Shown piece after piece: positions 26,290 to 40,332 of a DNA stretch of 64,000 nt. Where the stretch lies: the NCBI GenBank assembly GCA_964016885.1, contig OZ024758.1, positions 9,610,001-9,674,000 on the forward strand, given 5' to 3'. The translations under genes were made by a program, and so were the position numbers. The stretch is from Eledone cirrhosa (lineage: Eukaryota). The notes beneath the pieces were generated by a model, which saw only the letters and a program-made list of their open reading frames with translations, made no database searches and was not told the DNA's origin. How positions within the stretch are numbered: the stretch's first letter is position 1; every line of letters begins with the position of its first letter.

Positions 26290-27120
26290 GGAAGAATTTG
26301 GGAAGCAGGATACACTACATAGAGGCCAGGAGGAAAGCTAGATGACAAGTATACTTAGTCAGGAGGGAAGCTAGATGACAAGTATACTTAGCCAGGAGGG
26401 AAGCTAGATGGCAAGTATACTTAGCCAGGAGGGAAGCTAGATGACAAGTATACTTAGCCAGGAGGGAAGCTAGATGACAAGTATACTTAGTCAGGAGCGA
26501 AGCTAGATGACAAGTATACTTAGTCAGGAGGGAAGCTAGATGACAAGTATACTTAGCCAGGAGCGAAGCTAGATGACAAGTATACTTAGCTAGTAGCAAA
26601 GCTAGATGACAAGTATACTTAGCTAAGAGGGAAGCTAGATGACAAGTATACTTAGCCAGGAGGGAAGCTAGATGACAAGTATACTTAGTCAGGAGGGAAG
26701 CTAGATGACAAGTATACTTAGCTAGGAGGAAAGCTAGATGACAAGTATACTTAGCTAGGAGGGAAGCAGACCATAAAAAATTCAAGCATGTTTGTCAGCA
26801 TGAAGACCAGAAACAGGAGGTGTTCAGGATTGCGAGGCAGTTCATTATAGAAAATTGTGATGTCATTAGTGAGAAATGTGTCCAGAATGATAAAGATGCA
26901 CTTGCACTAACAGGTGCCAATAAAAAAGCTGCATGCAAGAGCCTTTATGAAAGATTACTGAATTAGGAGAATGCATGGGAGAAAGAGACCCTACCCCAAG
27001 TGGACCCTACAGAGGGCCCAGCCATACAAGTCAGCAGCAGTGTAGTAAGTAAAGTGGTTGTGTAGGCATCATGTCAAAAAGCACCCAGAACTCACTGTAA
27101 ATGAGGTTGGCATTAGGAAG
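26290..27120 (+). mobile_element. Decayed RTE LINE fragment containing a 33-bp minisatellite (~14 units, 26315-26770)
   Basis: Unit gccaggagggaagctagatgacaagtatactta. The downstream decayed frame (VFRIARQ...NCDVISEKCVQND...WEKETLPQVDPTEGPA) is homologous to the 5307-5880 element. Confidence 0.8.
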
Positions 27121-29404
27121 AGTCACAAACTCTACCACAAACCTATCACATCAATAGGGATGTGAGCCAAGAACTCTGGGAGTCTCCACTGCTACAGACT
27201 CTACCACAAACCTATCACATCAATAGGGATGTGGACTGGGGGCCAAGAACTCTGGAAGTTTCCACTGCTACAGACTCTACCACAAACCTATACAATAACG
27301 GCCGATATTTGGTTGAAAAGGAATGCTATGAAGCAGTTTTACAAAGATTTTTCAGCTGTGACCACTCTGTTATTGTTTAGCACCAGGTCAGCCCTGATTT
27401 AGCAGACATATGTTCAAACAGCATTCCAGCTGTGACTATCCTAGAAGACTACTTCAGAAAAATAAGCACTACGGCTCATACAATTGAATGTGATACCTCA
27501 GTATGATTAATTTTCAATGACTGAAATCAGTAAAAGAATAAAAGCTTACATGTGTGTGAACTGTTTAGCCCCAGGTCTTTTAGGTAAAAATGTTCATGCT
27601 TTGACTTTCTTGTCTTTTTTTTTTGTCTGTATGTGTAGGGGGAAATAATGTACCACAGACTACATTATATATTGTAAGACAGTAATGTCTAGTTTAGGAA
27701 GATTTCACTGCTATTTTTAGCAGTTCGAAAAACCAGGTAGAAGTTCCCTCATTCGGCTTATATGTTTGTATGTGTGATCTGTGTACAAGTGAATATGTGT
27801 GAGAGTGTATTGTTTTCTTATTTCTGACACTCAGATCAACCATTATTGACCAGTTCCAGTAATGACCACTTTGATTATTTGTTGTCAGTCCAGATTCAGC
27901 ATTTCAACTGTGACCATCGTACACTCTGCTACTTCTTAAATCTTTCTTAAACATCCTCTGCTACTCTACCATCCTCCACACTCTGCTACTTCTTAAATCT
28001 TTCTTAAACACCCTCTCCCTTCATTGTGACCTTCTGGCTCGTGGTTCACAGTTCTTTTACCCTTTACTATACCCAAAATAAATTCTCATTGTAACACCTG
28101 ACCCTTTGTCTAGAACATTATGGCTTTGAATTGTCCCAGGTCAACTTTCCATCCCACTTACCACTTCCCTTGCACCTTCAAAATGTCATATACTCTGCAT
28201 CAAATACCAACTGATTGGCTTTGAAAAACCAGGTCAAAGGTCAGCCAATCATTTTGGGGAGTGTCTCATGGATGTTTTCTGAAACAGCAAATGAGTCATT
28301 TTAACCTTCCTCGCTTCTCAATTCAGTTCTCCAAGCCACTTTCACACTTACATCTTGCTGTTTATGGTTATCTATAGTACCATATTCTCCATTTTCTGAT
28401 TACCTTGTGAGCAGTTAATTTTCCACTTAGCAACAGCTTACTCCTTAAGGTATCAATAATCAACGAGCTTGCCTCTACCCCCCCCCCCCCCTCCCCAACA
28501 CACATACATACACTTCATAGCATCCCTTTTGAACACACACACACACACACTCATACACACATTCATACACACACTCATACACACTCACACACATTCATAC
28601 ATAGACTCATACATACACCATACCATGCTTACACTTATTTTCTTTGTCCTGTTACCTTATCTATTAGTTATGCATTTTATTATATCAATATCACATTCTG
28701 TTGTCAACTCTCTCATACATCCTATCATATCACATATTCTAACATGTTAATAACATGCATGCTATTATGCTATCATATCAATAACACATGAAACAGGACA
28801 ACTATCTCCACCTTCTCTTTCTCACTCCGATACTCCGTCTTAATAAATATTCAGGCACAACCTAATATGAGCATGAACTAATGTTATCGCACAAATCAAC
28901 ATTCTCTCCTCTGGATATATTACCATGCTGTTGCAGACCCCAAAACCTGGAATACCCAGATATGGGTTTCCTATCTTATAGATATTAAGAGCAAACACTA
29001 ATAGTCTGACTCTCCTGCTAGTCTGACAATTGATCAAGTAGTCCGATCAATAAAAAAAATAAAATGGTTTCTAATTTAGCCGCAAGGCCAACCATTTTTG
29101 GTGGGGGAAAGTCCCCCCATTGCTGATTTCCTCCCCAAAATCAGAAAGACAGCAGCCTGCCTGAGGAAAGAGCTCCGTGAGGTGGGGATGGCTGTTGCAG
29201 TGAATGTCACTGGCCATTCTCTGTGGCAATGCCTTCACCATTTGGTGTTTGAGGCGCCGCCAAATCACTACTCAGACTGGAGTTTAGAGTCTGTCCCTCT
29301 CCCCCTCTTTCATTACTTAATTCTCTTTTTTTTTTCTTTTTCTCCTTTCCCTTTTTTTGGCTTCATTTAAATATTAAATTTTTCAATTATAAATATCATT
29401 GTAT

Positions 29405-29740
29405 GGAGGCACATGGCTTAGTGGTTAGAGCATTGGCCTTGCAATCGAAAGGTTGTGAGTTCAATTCTCAGACCGGGTGATGTGTTGTTTCCTTGAGCAA
29501 GACACTTTATTTCACATTGCTCCAGTTTACTCAGCTGTAGAAATGAGATGATAGGGACTGGGGTCCATATCATTCCATTGCAAAGTGGTCGTGGAGGTGC
29601 CACGGCAAAAAAGCACCCAGCACTCACTGTAAATGAGGTTGGTGTTAGGAAGGGCATCCAGCTGTAGAAATCAAGCCAGAATCAGTTCCCGTTCCACCCT
29701 TGCAAGCAGGGAAAAAGCAGACGTAAAATGAGATGATGAT
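29405..29740 (+). mobile_element. CORE-type SINE with RTE tail
   Basis: Near-identical to 7935-8282. Confidence 0.85.
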
Positions 29741-30479
29741 TGTATGTAAAGAGAATAAAATATTCTGACTCACCAAAAAACCCTCCAAAACACATGGAAT
29801 TCCTATCTCCAATTCTTTTCTTCATTCCAAGTCAACTCCTGTGTTCGAAAGCATTCATACTATAAACATGCTAACTTTTTTCTTGGAATACTGAACATAT
29901 TACATCCTCCTATATGTCCTGTTTTAAAGATGGCAGGGTTCAATTTAATGAAAATTCGGCTACTATTGCTTCTTCATTGGCTTGGTGAATCTGTCTCATT
30001 TAACCACAGAGCTGTCTTAATCCAGCAGGCTTAAGGTCAAAGATATTCCAGCTGTGAATATAATGTTTTTTTTTTGTTTTTTTTTACAGACTTATTTTAT
30101 TTAGGACTATATTATCTAATGTCATGCTAACAGCCAAAATTTCCCCCTAATTATATTCCATTGTCTTAAAGAGAGGACACATTGCATAAAGTGGTTTTAA
30201 ATAGATACATTACATCTGGGGGGCAAAAATGGTATGATCATTACTGGAAGGCCTTTCATCATAGGTTTGCTCAATAAGGGCTGCTTTCCTGAGGCTAAAT
30301 AACAACAACTAAAACAAGTGAAAATCAATACTTACTTTCTGCTCCTAACTTTTTTTATATAAAAATAAAGGAATAAAGAAGAATTAATTTCAATATAATC
30401 CTTACAAGTGTTAATCTCTTAATTTTATACACAAGCAAATCCGATAATATAAAAGCTTATCTGAGCATGTGGGTAAATA

Positions 30480-30898
30480 ATGTTCACTAGGTTCTTGGCT
30501 TACTTGGTTTTAGCTATCAGTTAATCTTAGCCAATGAAGTCAGCACAATCCATTAGCTTACTCAAGTTACACATTGTTCGGTCAGTCAGACATGTGCAGT
30601 GTTAATCTCTACTTGAGACATAACCATGATGTTGTAAATATATCAGCTCACTCATATGTAGTGTTCTGCTCTGCCCTAAACATGATTACACTTCTCTTCT
30701 TACTCACACCAAAATAATTTGTTCCATTTTGTTCCATTTTGTGTACTTAACCATTTGGCAGTTCAGACCATCACCAGTTTCCTTGGATTCTACTGTTTCA
30801 CTATATTCTAATTGTTGAATTTCTTAACAACCCGAGACATTTAAAAAATATATAAATCTTCATTTACTCTTTATCACGAAGACAAACCGGATCTTACA
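30480..30898 (+). promoter_or_regulatory. Candidate promoter/5'UTR of the PDZ gene
   Basis: Repeat-free stretch directly upstream of the ATG exon, with CCAAT (~30532) and an Inr-like TCAGT (~30582). Motif-level evidence only. Confidence 0.35.
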
Positions 30899-31039
30899 AT
30901 GGTTTATATTGTTGAGACAGAGCTGCCTAACTTTCAGGCATACAAGACTATGATGTCTGGAATGCAGAAGCTACCAAATCTATGGTATCCTCGGTCATTC
31001 TCAGCAGATAACTTATTTGCTATGCAAAATAAGAAAACT
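30899..31039 (+). CDS. Probable first coding exon of a PDZ-domain scaffold gene (tamalin/GRASP-CYTIP-like): MVYIVETELPNFQAYKTMMSGMQKLPNLWYPRSFSADNLFAMQNKKT
   Basis: ATG in strong Kozak context (acaATGG), 47 open codons in unique non-repeat sequence, then a consensus donor ACT|GTAAGT in phase 0, compatible with the exon at 57421. Confidence 0.75.
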
Positions 31040-32807
31040 GTAAGTAATTCCTAACAAATTACATTTTACAATTTTAACTTTTTTATTACCATATTGTAAA
31101 GGATGTACATTATTTGACTTAATGGGGAATGAGGAGAAAAAGCAAATGTTGAATGATATGATGATGGTTTCGTTATCAAGATGGTATTTGTAATATAAGA
31201 GGTTCTTATATAAAATAATGTTGGAAGGTTTTAATCTAAATAGGGACCCTTTAAAATGAATGTTTTATGCAACCAGGAGTAGTTGGGTGGGTGGTACAAA
31301 AGGATGAAATAACTTATTTCTCATCATAGTTTCATTTATTATGATTTCTAGATTTGATTAAAAAAAATATCTGTCTATATAAATAACAGAGATTTGTAAA
31401 TTATGTAAATTACCATATATACTCATATATACTCCAAGAAATATGTGACAAAAAAAATCGATGGTAAAATGGAGGTCTGCTTATACCTTTTTAATACCAA
31501 ATTATGTAAAACCAGTCTGGTTCTGATACACATTTGCTATTTTAAAATGCTCATACTTATATTAATATCTTTCATCAGAAATTTTTGTTAACCAGTTTTG
31601 GCCTGGCTGGTAACAAAAGGGTTAAGTAATATTTCAAACATCAGTTTACTAATGAAAAGGTTGTTGTATATACTTGTATATAAGCCAAGAAATATGTGAC
31701 AAAAAAAAAAAAAAATCGATGGGTTCGCCTTGTATTCTATGTAAATGAGATGCTAAAATAATTTTGCTTTGGGGGTGAATATTATACCAGTTTCACTTTG
31801 GAGGTGACTGTTAGACCAGTTTCACTTTTGACGTAAAACTTGTATTCCCTGTTGTTTTTTTATGTTTAGAGATGTATATAGCATTCAAAACAGTTGGAAA
31901 TTGGTACAAAATCATTATGTAATGGAGTTGTGAAACAAAGTGTACACTAAATGACACTTAATATATTTTAAATATCAAAATATTCAAACTTCATAAATAT
32001 ATTCTCCCCTCATGAGAATTTTAAATCCACACCATCTAAACATAATGTGTTGATTATCTACCTCGGCTTATAAATGGGGTTTGGATTTTTGCCTATTTAT
32101 CAAATATAAAATAGGAGGCCAACTTATATTCAGATCAGCTTATATTTTAGTATAGATGGTACTTCTAGATTTAGTATCAATAAGTAGGTGAGAAACAGAT
32201 GAAACACCTACTAGATCAGACACCTGTCTGTTACTAGCAACATTCCTAGCTGAGCTGGTAACAGTTCTCCACAGTGAATATACACCTGAAATAATGTAGC
32301 ATTAAGTATCCTCTTCCAAAAATAACTAAATGAATTAAAAGCTCACATCTGATTTGAACTTTTAACTTATAATGTGGTAGTACATTATACTAATACATTA
32401 GCCACACCAACCAATTTATTTTTTCAATTTTACAAAGTGTAAGAAGAATTGAATTAGTTATGTGAAATAATAAAATTAAAAATGTTACCATATGCCTAAT
32501 TTTCAATTTTGTTACCATATGCTTGATTTTCAAATCATTTTGAAAATGATAAAATACTTAGGAAGAATTTAGTAAAATATTTAACTTTCTTATTAAGTTG
32601 GTGTTTGGAATATAACTCAATAAAGTTTCCAACATAAGTTTATTATGGAAGATGTTTTGATAAATATAAACACTTTAAAATAACCAGCTTGATATCATAG
32701 AACCAGGTACGGTTTCAGGAAGTTTTGTATTAAAAGTGTTAAGTTATAGTAATTTCTTTATATTTTGCTGACTTTTCCATTATATATACATGTGTGTGTG
32801 TGTATAT

Positions 32808-33173
32808 TCATCATCATCATCATTTAATATCCATTTTTCCATGCTAGCTTGGGTTAGACGAGTTGCCCCATTGTGAGATCAGATTACCATGTCTTGCTCA
32901 TACAGAACTGATTCTACACCTTGATGCCCTTCCTAATGCCAACCACATTTACAATGTAGACCAGATGCGTTTTGTTTTGACACCTACATGACCACTTTAC
33001 AGTGTGGACTGGGGGACTTTTGTTGTGACACTTACATGACCACTTTACAGTGTGGACTGGGGGACTTTTGTTGTGACACTTACATGACCACTTTACAGTG
33101 TGAACTGGCTGCTTTTTGTTTTGACACCTACATGACCACTTTACAGTGTGGACTGGGGGCTTTTTGTTGTGGA

Positions 33174-33175
<2 letters not shown>
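32808..33175 (-). mobile_element. RTE 3'UTR with 48-bp tandem array (~4 units)
   Basis: Reverse complement of the 57585-58071 type; (CAT)n tail at the left end. Confidence 0.8.
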
Positions 33176-33221
<46 letters not shown>

Positions 33222-33989
33222 CATATAATTTTAATAATGTTTTCTTTGTTCAGAATGATGAATACATGTATTTGGGGTTTTTTAATTGCATTTTTTAACA
33301 ATAGTTTTGTTAGTTTCCTAAATACTATCTTTTTTTAAATGGTAGGATGTAATTTGAGAAAAATTTGACTGCTATTTCTAGTACATCGAGTGGCTTCCAT
33401 GTTTCATAATGTCATTTGTATTTCCATCCACAATTTAACCTTTTGATACTTTGCTTATCCACCTTAGACTTCTGGTTCTAAGTTACAAAATCTTTCATGT
33501 TAAAATTAAAGATTTCCTTCATAATTTTAGGTAAGAATGTTTTGTTAGGTTACAAACACTCTATATTTACTATTATATTTTCATGGTAAACACTACCTCA
33601 CATAATTATCTCACATAATACTGAATCTATGAGATTTTGATATTAATTATTTTGAGAACAATACCATAACATCAGTATGAGCAACCAGTTACAACCAGTT
33701 TGAACAGAAAGGAGTGGGAGAATTCTGGCTGGATATAGCCGGTAATGACCTGGACTGCATGAAACATTCTTGAAAAGTACAAAACAACTATGACTGCATC
33801 TCATGAAAAATTGATCACAATGATCTGTCAATCAAAAAGGATACTATAAACATTTGAATTAACAAACCAGTTGTTACATATTTTCTGCTAAATCTTCACT
33901 GGATATTAAGGCATAATAATGATAAAGGGAGTTTTATTACTAAATATCTCTGAAGTTTTGGTTACATTCAAAATTAACTGAAACAGTTG

Positions 33990-34660
33990 GTGGTCCTTGC
34001 CAAAACTAGATGTAGAAAAATGGCTTGTGAGAACAGTGTGAGCCATATAAACAGGAGCCGTCAGTAAAGTGCAAGTAGGAGGGTAGTTTAGTGAAGAACT
34101 CAAAGTACAGGTAGGAGTGAATCAGGGCTCAGTCCTTAGCTCACTTCTGTTTGTTATAGTTCTCCAGTCAACAAGGAATTTAAGACTGCTGACGTTTATG
34201 ATCTGGTTCTTATAGCTGAATATGTAGAAGAATTAGAGAATAAGTTCTGACTGTGGAAATAGAACTTAGAATAAAATGTGTACACAAGAGGTGTAGTGGG
34301 ATAACAGGCAGACTAACAGGAAAAGAAGACTTTGTATCTAGATGTTCAGGGTTAATTGATAGTAGCAGTGAGAATGATACAAATCTTTCCAAGAAGGATC
34401 CATAGAAGTGGTTAATAGCTTCTGCTATCTAGGTGATCTAATTAGCAGTGAAAGAGGCTGCTCTGAGAGCACAGTAGCTAGAATAAGAACAAGATGGAAG
34501 AAGTTTAGGTAGCTACTTCTCTTTATGAACAAAAGACCAATTGTATGATGCCTGTGTACAAAGTGCAATGGTGCATGGTGGTGAAATATGATCAGTGAAT
34601 GCAGAGGATATGGGAAGGCTAGAGAGAAATTAAGCATACTTCAATGAATGTGCTTGAACA
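33990..34660 (+). mobile_element. Heavily decayed RTE RT fragment
   Basis: Remnants VQVGVNQGSVLSSLLF, FCYLGDLISSERGCSESTVARIRTRWKKFR and LYDACVQSAM, with stops and frameshifts. Confidence 0.75.
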
Positions 34661-34919
34661 ACAAAACATGAATGATTCCAGGCAAGGCTGTCTTTGTCTT
34701 TTATCCTTTCAAGGTAGATCATGAAATTAATGAGTCAACTATTTGCTCCTGCAAAGTGTGTGACTTTGTGCCTATGATAGGATTTATCATTATCATTGTC
34801 AGCATTGTTGTCATCGTCACTGCTGCTGCTGCTGCCGTCGTCGTCGTTGTTGTTGTTGTTGTTGTTGCTTTGCAGTATTTGTTCTGATGCTTAATTTTCT
34901 GATTCAAAACCCCACTTTG

Positions 34920-35678
34920 GACAACTTTGCCCTTCATCTTTCTGGAGTTAATAAAGTACAAGTCAAGTAATGGTATCAATTTATTTGATTAACCTCTTCC
35001 CCAAATTGCTGGCCTTGTACCTAAATTAGAAAGTGTTATTATTAAAAGGGTCGATAAAATAAAGTACCAGTAATACACTGGGTTAATAACTAGCCTTGTG
35101 CCAAAAGTAGAAACAATTATTATTAAAAGGGTCGATAAAATAAAGTACCAGTAATACACTGGGGTAATAGCTAGCCTTGTGCCAAAAGTAGAAACAATTA
35201 TTATTAAAAGGGCAGTAAATTTGCAGTATCAGTAGAGCATCGGATAACATGCTTTGTGGCATAGAGTTATGCCACTTTACATTCTGAGTTCAAATCCCAC
35301 CAAAGACAGCTTTGTCTTTCATCCTTATGGAGTTGATAAAATAAAGTACCAGTAATGCACTGAGGTTGATATAATCGACTTTCCCCTCCCCCAAATTGTT
35401 GGCCTTGTGCCTAAATCAGAAACCATTATCAGTTAAACTATGTAGAAAGCTAAAAAAGAACTGCTAAATATATAAATATCAATAACTCATTATGGATTGG
35501 CAGTATCGGTAGAGGGTCGGACGCCATGCTTTGACGCAGAGTTACGGCCCTTGCCATTCTGAGTTCAAATCCCGCCGAGGTTAACTTTGCCTTTCATCCT
35601 TACGGGGTCGATAAAATAAAGTACCAGTAATGCACGGGGTAATTGCTGGCCTTGTGCCAAAAAAGTAGAAACAATTAT
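34920..35678 (+). mobile_element. Cluster of SINE family 2 copies and tandem 3' halves
   Basis: Repeated gggtcgataaaataaagtaccag...ccttgtgccaaaagtagaaacaatt, with fuller copies at ~35210 and ~35493. Confidence 0.8.
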
Positions 35679-36574
35679 ATATATATATATATGTTTTTCT
35701 ATTACTTTTCTTTCAATATTCAACCAGAAAAATTGAATGATTTACAAAATTGTCTTTATTGGGGGTTGAAAGGTCAACTAAATATCTTCAGAACTTAACA
35801 TAGCAGCAGCCGCCTCTCAAAGTTTCTTTGCTTCTTTTCCTTTATTTTTCTTTTCTTTATGAGATGTTAAAACAAGTTGAATAAAACATGTAATTAAATT
35901 ATCTTGAAATCATTTGGCTTCATGCAATTTATATAGACTTGAAATGTAGTAGGAAGTATCTAAGAACTTGTTATTGAAATTTAGACAAACGTGGGAAGCC
36001 AAAGAAGACGCAGTGATATGAAACAGTTTTTGCCTGAAGCATGAGACTATTAAACAAAATGCCTTGTGATGTTTGTTTTGGTTCCTTGCCTTCTGAATTC
36101 AAATCATTTTAAGGGAAAAGCCTTTTGTAGCCAGCAGTGGTGGTAGCTCCCTGAACTTCTTCCACCCCGTTCTTGCCCTGGTTACTGTACTTTCCGAACA
36201 CCCACCTCCGCTGCTAATTCGGTCACCTAGGTAGCAGAAGATGTCTACTGTTTCTGCAGAGCCCTCCCAGAAATGGGTAGTTTTTGTTTCCTGTGGCTGT
36301 TTGCTGCTTGCTGTCCCGGTTCAACTGCTACATGTAAAGCCTTCATTCTAGACTTCCTGAGATCCCACTACATCTCTTGTGTACCCATAGTTTGCATTTG
36401 GAGCAGAGGATGGGGTCCCAACCTACACCTTTCCTACATACTAACCAAGGCCATTTCCCTGAGGGGATCTGGGTTCTGTTTTCTCGTCTACTTACGGGAA
36501 CCTAAGTCTTTGTCAGGTTGACTCTGAGACTCCTTCTTTCTATTCCCTGCTTCCATGTTTGGAATATATATAAC

Positions 36575-36806
36575 CCAACGGCTTATTTAAATCTACTCTG
36601 ATTTAAAAATATCCGAAACTAATTTACATAATAGTATAAATAAATTTATAACCCCACTTTCCGGGAGCTTCCAACAGAAATGGTCGCATTCTTTAAGGGT
36701 ATGTCAATATTTATTTATAAAACTGTTCTATATTATATTTTATCTGATGAAAGCACACCACAATTTAACTTGGTGTTTTATAAATATAGTTTCCATTTGT
36801 TAATAT

Positions 36807-36812
<6 letters not shown>
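36575..36812 (+). mobile_element. PLE-like short element with internally deleted hammerhead (stem I 5' arm plus CTGATGA at 36736-36750)
   Basis: Homologous to 9975-10195 (gtatgtcaatatttatttataaaact...tattttatctgatgaaagc...ataaatatagtttccatttgttaatatattg). The GAAA half is missing; ends in (TA)n. Confidence 0.6.
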
Positions 36813-36853
<41 letters not shown>

Positions 36854-36996
36854 GACTTCCTCTCACTCTCTAGAAAATCTCAAATGCAGGAAAATAGCTG
36901 CAAACAGTTTAGAAAATCGGGTAAAATACCCCTATATATGGAGAAGTGGCCAGCAACTTCTACAGAGAATCAAACACTGTAACTTTGATACACATA

Positions 36997-37280
36997 CACA
37001 TGGCATAGTGGTTAGAGCATTAGGCTTGCAATCGAAAGGTTGTGAGTTCAATTCTCGGACTGGGTGATGTGTTGTTTCCTTGAGCAAGACACTTTATTTC
37101 ATGTTGCTCGAGTTTAATCAGCTGAAAATGAGTACCAGCAATAGCTGGGGGTTTAACCTTGCGATGGACTGGTGTCCTGTCCAGGGGGGGGGGGGGGGTC
37201 TTGTACTCTCAGCCGCTTCACACCATGAAACCGGGATAAGCACCGGCCAAATGAGCCTTCTGGCTTAAGACAGACTTTAG
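36997..37280 (+). mobile_element. CORE-type SINE (tail type 1)
   Basis: Head as in the 7935 family, tail as in 982-1263. Confidence 0.75.
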
Positions 37281-37353
37281 ATATATAAATACATACCTAT
37301 ATATCATCATCATCATCATCATCATCAAATCAGACGTAAAATGATGATATGTT

Positions 37354-37391
<38 letters not shown>

Positions 37392-37395
<4 letters not shown>

Positions 37396-37730
37396 ACCCT
37401 GATGGTATCCAATGATGTTGACTTGTTCTTCTTTTTGGTAAATATCATCTTGGTTAAGAGAGTGGGACTGGCTTTGTGCAGTGCCTTTGCTCACTATAAA
37501 AGCTTCACGGCACAGGCATTGCTTTATATCTGGAGATCTCTCTGCACCTGTCGTCACCTGGTACCATGGGCCCAGCACTATGTGTCAATAATTGTCACAA
37601 GTGTAGTGTTTGTACCAGAGTTTTCAAGTCGCTGGCTGGACTAAAAAGTCACACTCGTTCAGCGCATCGGTAGGAGTTCTCCTACATGGATATAAAGTAG
37701 TGGCAGTACTCGAAAACGAGTTGGCAGCCA

Positions 37731-37733
<3 letters not shown>
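37392..37733. mobile_element. Possible solo LTR inserted in (TA)n
   Basis: ~340-bp GC-richer island with TG...CA ends and internal TATAAAAG (~37495), with (TA)n on both sides. Confidence 0.35.
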
Positions 37734-37764
<31 letters not shown>

Positions 37765-38109
37765 TCATCACCGTTTTACATCCGTACACATATATATATA
37801 TACATACATATTAGTGTGTATGTGTACATATTCAACTGATTGCTCCTCCTTTCCTTACATAATTCTTGTAACCACTTTCATAGGACCCCCCCTCCCCTCC
37901 CCTTACACACACAACAGTGTGTATATATGTGTGTGTATGTATGTGCTATCAGCCAGGTAGGACTTTGGTTTAAGTACTTACTAAACTGACATTGTTAGTT
38001 TAACTACCTGTTTCTCTGCTGTATTGCTAGATCTACATACAACAGTCTGTTGCCTTGGATGGGACTTGACAACATTTAAACTCTCCACTTAGTGTAGCTG
38101 TAGAACGCA

Positions 38110-38269
38110 TATGACATATATACATATATATATAGATATATATACATATATATATATATATAAACATACATATATACATACATATATACATACATATACA
38201 TACATATCTACATATATATATATAGATACGTACGTATATATAAACATATACATACATATCCACATACAT

Positions 38270-38324
<55 letters not shown>

Positions 38325-38463
38325 CACACACATACATACATATATATACATACATATATACATACATATACATACATATCTACATATATATATATACGTA
38401 TATATATACATATATACATACATATACACACACATACATACACATACATATATATATATACAT

Positions 38464-38502
<39 letters not shown>

Positions 38503-38905
38503 CATACATTTATATACATACATATATACATATACATATACATACATATCTACATATATATACATACGTATATATAAACATATACATACATACATACACA
38601 TACATATACACATACATACACATACATATATATACATATATATATACACATACATACATATATATACATATATATACATATACACATACATACACATATA
38701 TACATACATATATACATACACATACATACAGACACACATAAATACATAGACACAATTGTGTATATATGTTCAGATATACATATATATAGACACATACACC
38801 AAAGTAAACTGTTCTAAAGCTCCATAACTAAAACACCTAAGTATTATTTATACATACATACATACATACATACTAACACACACATACACAAGTACATATA
38901 TATAC
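38110..38905. repeat. Long compound (TA)/(TACA) microsatellite
   Basis: Direct reading. Confidence 0.95.
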
Positions 38906-38956
38906 AGGATAATTATGGGGCTTACTCTGATGTGAATTGCAATTAAGTAGAAAAAA

Positions 38957-38993
<37 letters not shown>

Positions 38994-39225
38994 AAAAGGA
39001 ATTTTACAGCTAACTATGTTGGTGAGTGAAATATTTTCATATTTATAAAGACATGAAGTAATGTTGATTGTTGTAAGTGCAATTAAAAGATATTTGTTCC
39101 GAGAAAATATCTATAAATCATTTATTTTTTACCATAGATGTCATCGTAATTGTAATTATCATCTTTCTTCTCATCATCATCATTGTTATCATCATCATCA
39201 TCATCATAAGTATTGGTATTATCAT

Positions 39226-39476
39226 CAAATCCCGCCGAGGTTAACTTTGCCTTTCATCCTTACGGGGTCGATAAAATAAAGTACCAGTAATACACTGGGT
39301 AATTGCTGGCCTTGTGCCAAAAAGTACAAAACAATTATTCTAGTTGGCCCTTGCCATTCTGAGTTCAAATTCCGCCGAGGTTAACTTTGCCTTTCATCCT
39401 TACGGGGTCGATAAAATAAAGTACCAGTAATGCACTGGGTAATTGCTGGCCTTGTGCCAAAAAGTATAAACAATTA
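39226..39476 (+). mobile_element. Two tandem partial SINE family 2 copies
   Basis: Body and tail repeated twice. Confidence 0.8.
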
Positions 39477-40159
39477 TGTCTTATTGTTGGGGAACAAGTC
39501 TACAAAAGTAATAATACTAGTATTAGTCATCTCAGTGTTTCTCAAGTTTGAATCCTTTCATCACTACATTTCTAATGACAGACACTTCTTCTTCACCAAC
39601 TTATTCCTGAGAGGGTAGTGGGGTAAGATTCCTGAAACACAGCGGGTCCTGTAAGAAGCAACCTTTCCAACAGATCTGGCTGGATCACTAAACAAGACCA
39701 GCTGAAGTCATGGATGTTATTCAACCAAATTTCTTGGGGTTTACCCCTGAGTCTCCTACCTGTTGGGTTTGCCTGTAAAATCTGTCCAGCGATTCTTACC
39801 AGCTGAAGTCATGGATGTTATTCAACCAAATTTCTTGGGGTTTACCCCTGAGTCTCCTACCTGTTGGGTTTGCCTGTAAAATCTGTCCAGTGATTCTCTC
39901 CTGAGACATTCTAACCACATGCCCATAGTACTGGAGCTGTTATCTCTCAATTCAGACTCTATTTTAATTAATTAATGAAGAATTTAGAGGATTTACTAAA
40001 ATTATTACTATATTTTCCATTGTTGAAGACGCATCGCAATTTTGGACGGGGCTTTTGGGGATAAAACAGCCGAATGCCCTTCCTGACACCAGCACATTTA
40101 GTTGCTTCTTACAACACACACAGATTCAGTGTACCTATTCTAAACTGGATAGAAATTAT

Positions 40160-40332
40160 ACTTTTGGCACAAGGCCAGCAATTATCCCAGTGTATTACTG
40201 GTACTTTATTTTATCGAACCCGTAAGGATGAAAGGAAAAGCTAACCTCGGCGGGATTTGAACTCAGACCATAAAGGGCCGTAACTCTTTGCTGCAAAGCA
40301 TGGCGCCCGACTCTCTACCGATACTGCCGACT
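40160..40332 (-). mobile_element. SINE family 2
   Basis: Reverse-complement copy. Confidence 0.8.

Noticed and set aside
38033-38795. YI/HT-rich ORFs
   Set aside because: (TA)/(TACA) microsatellite.
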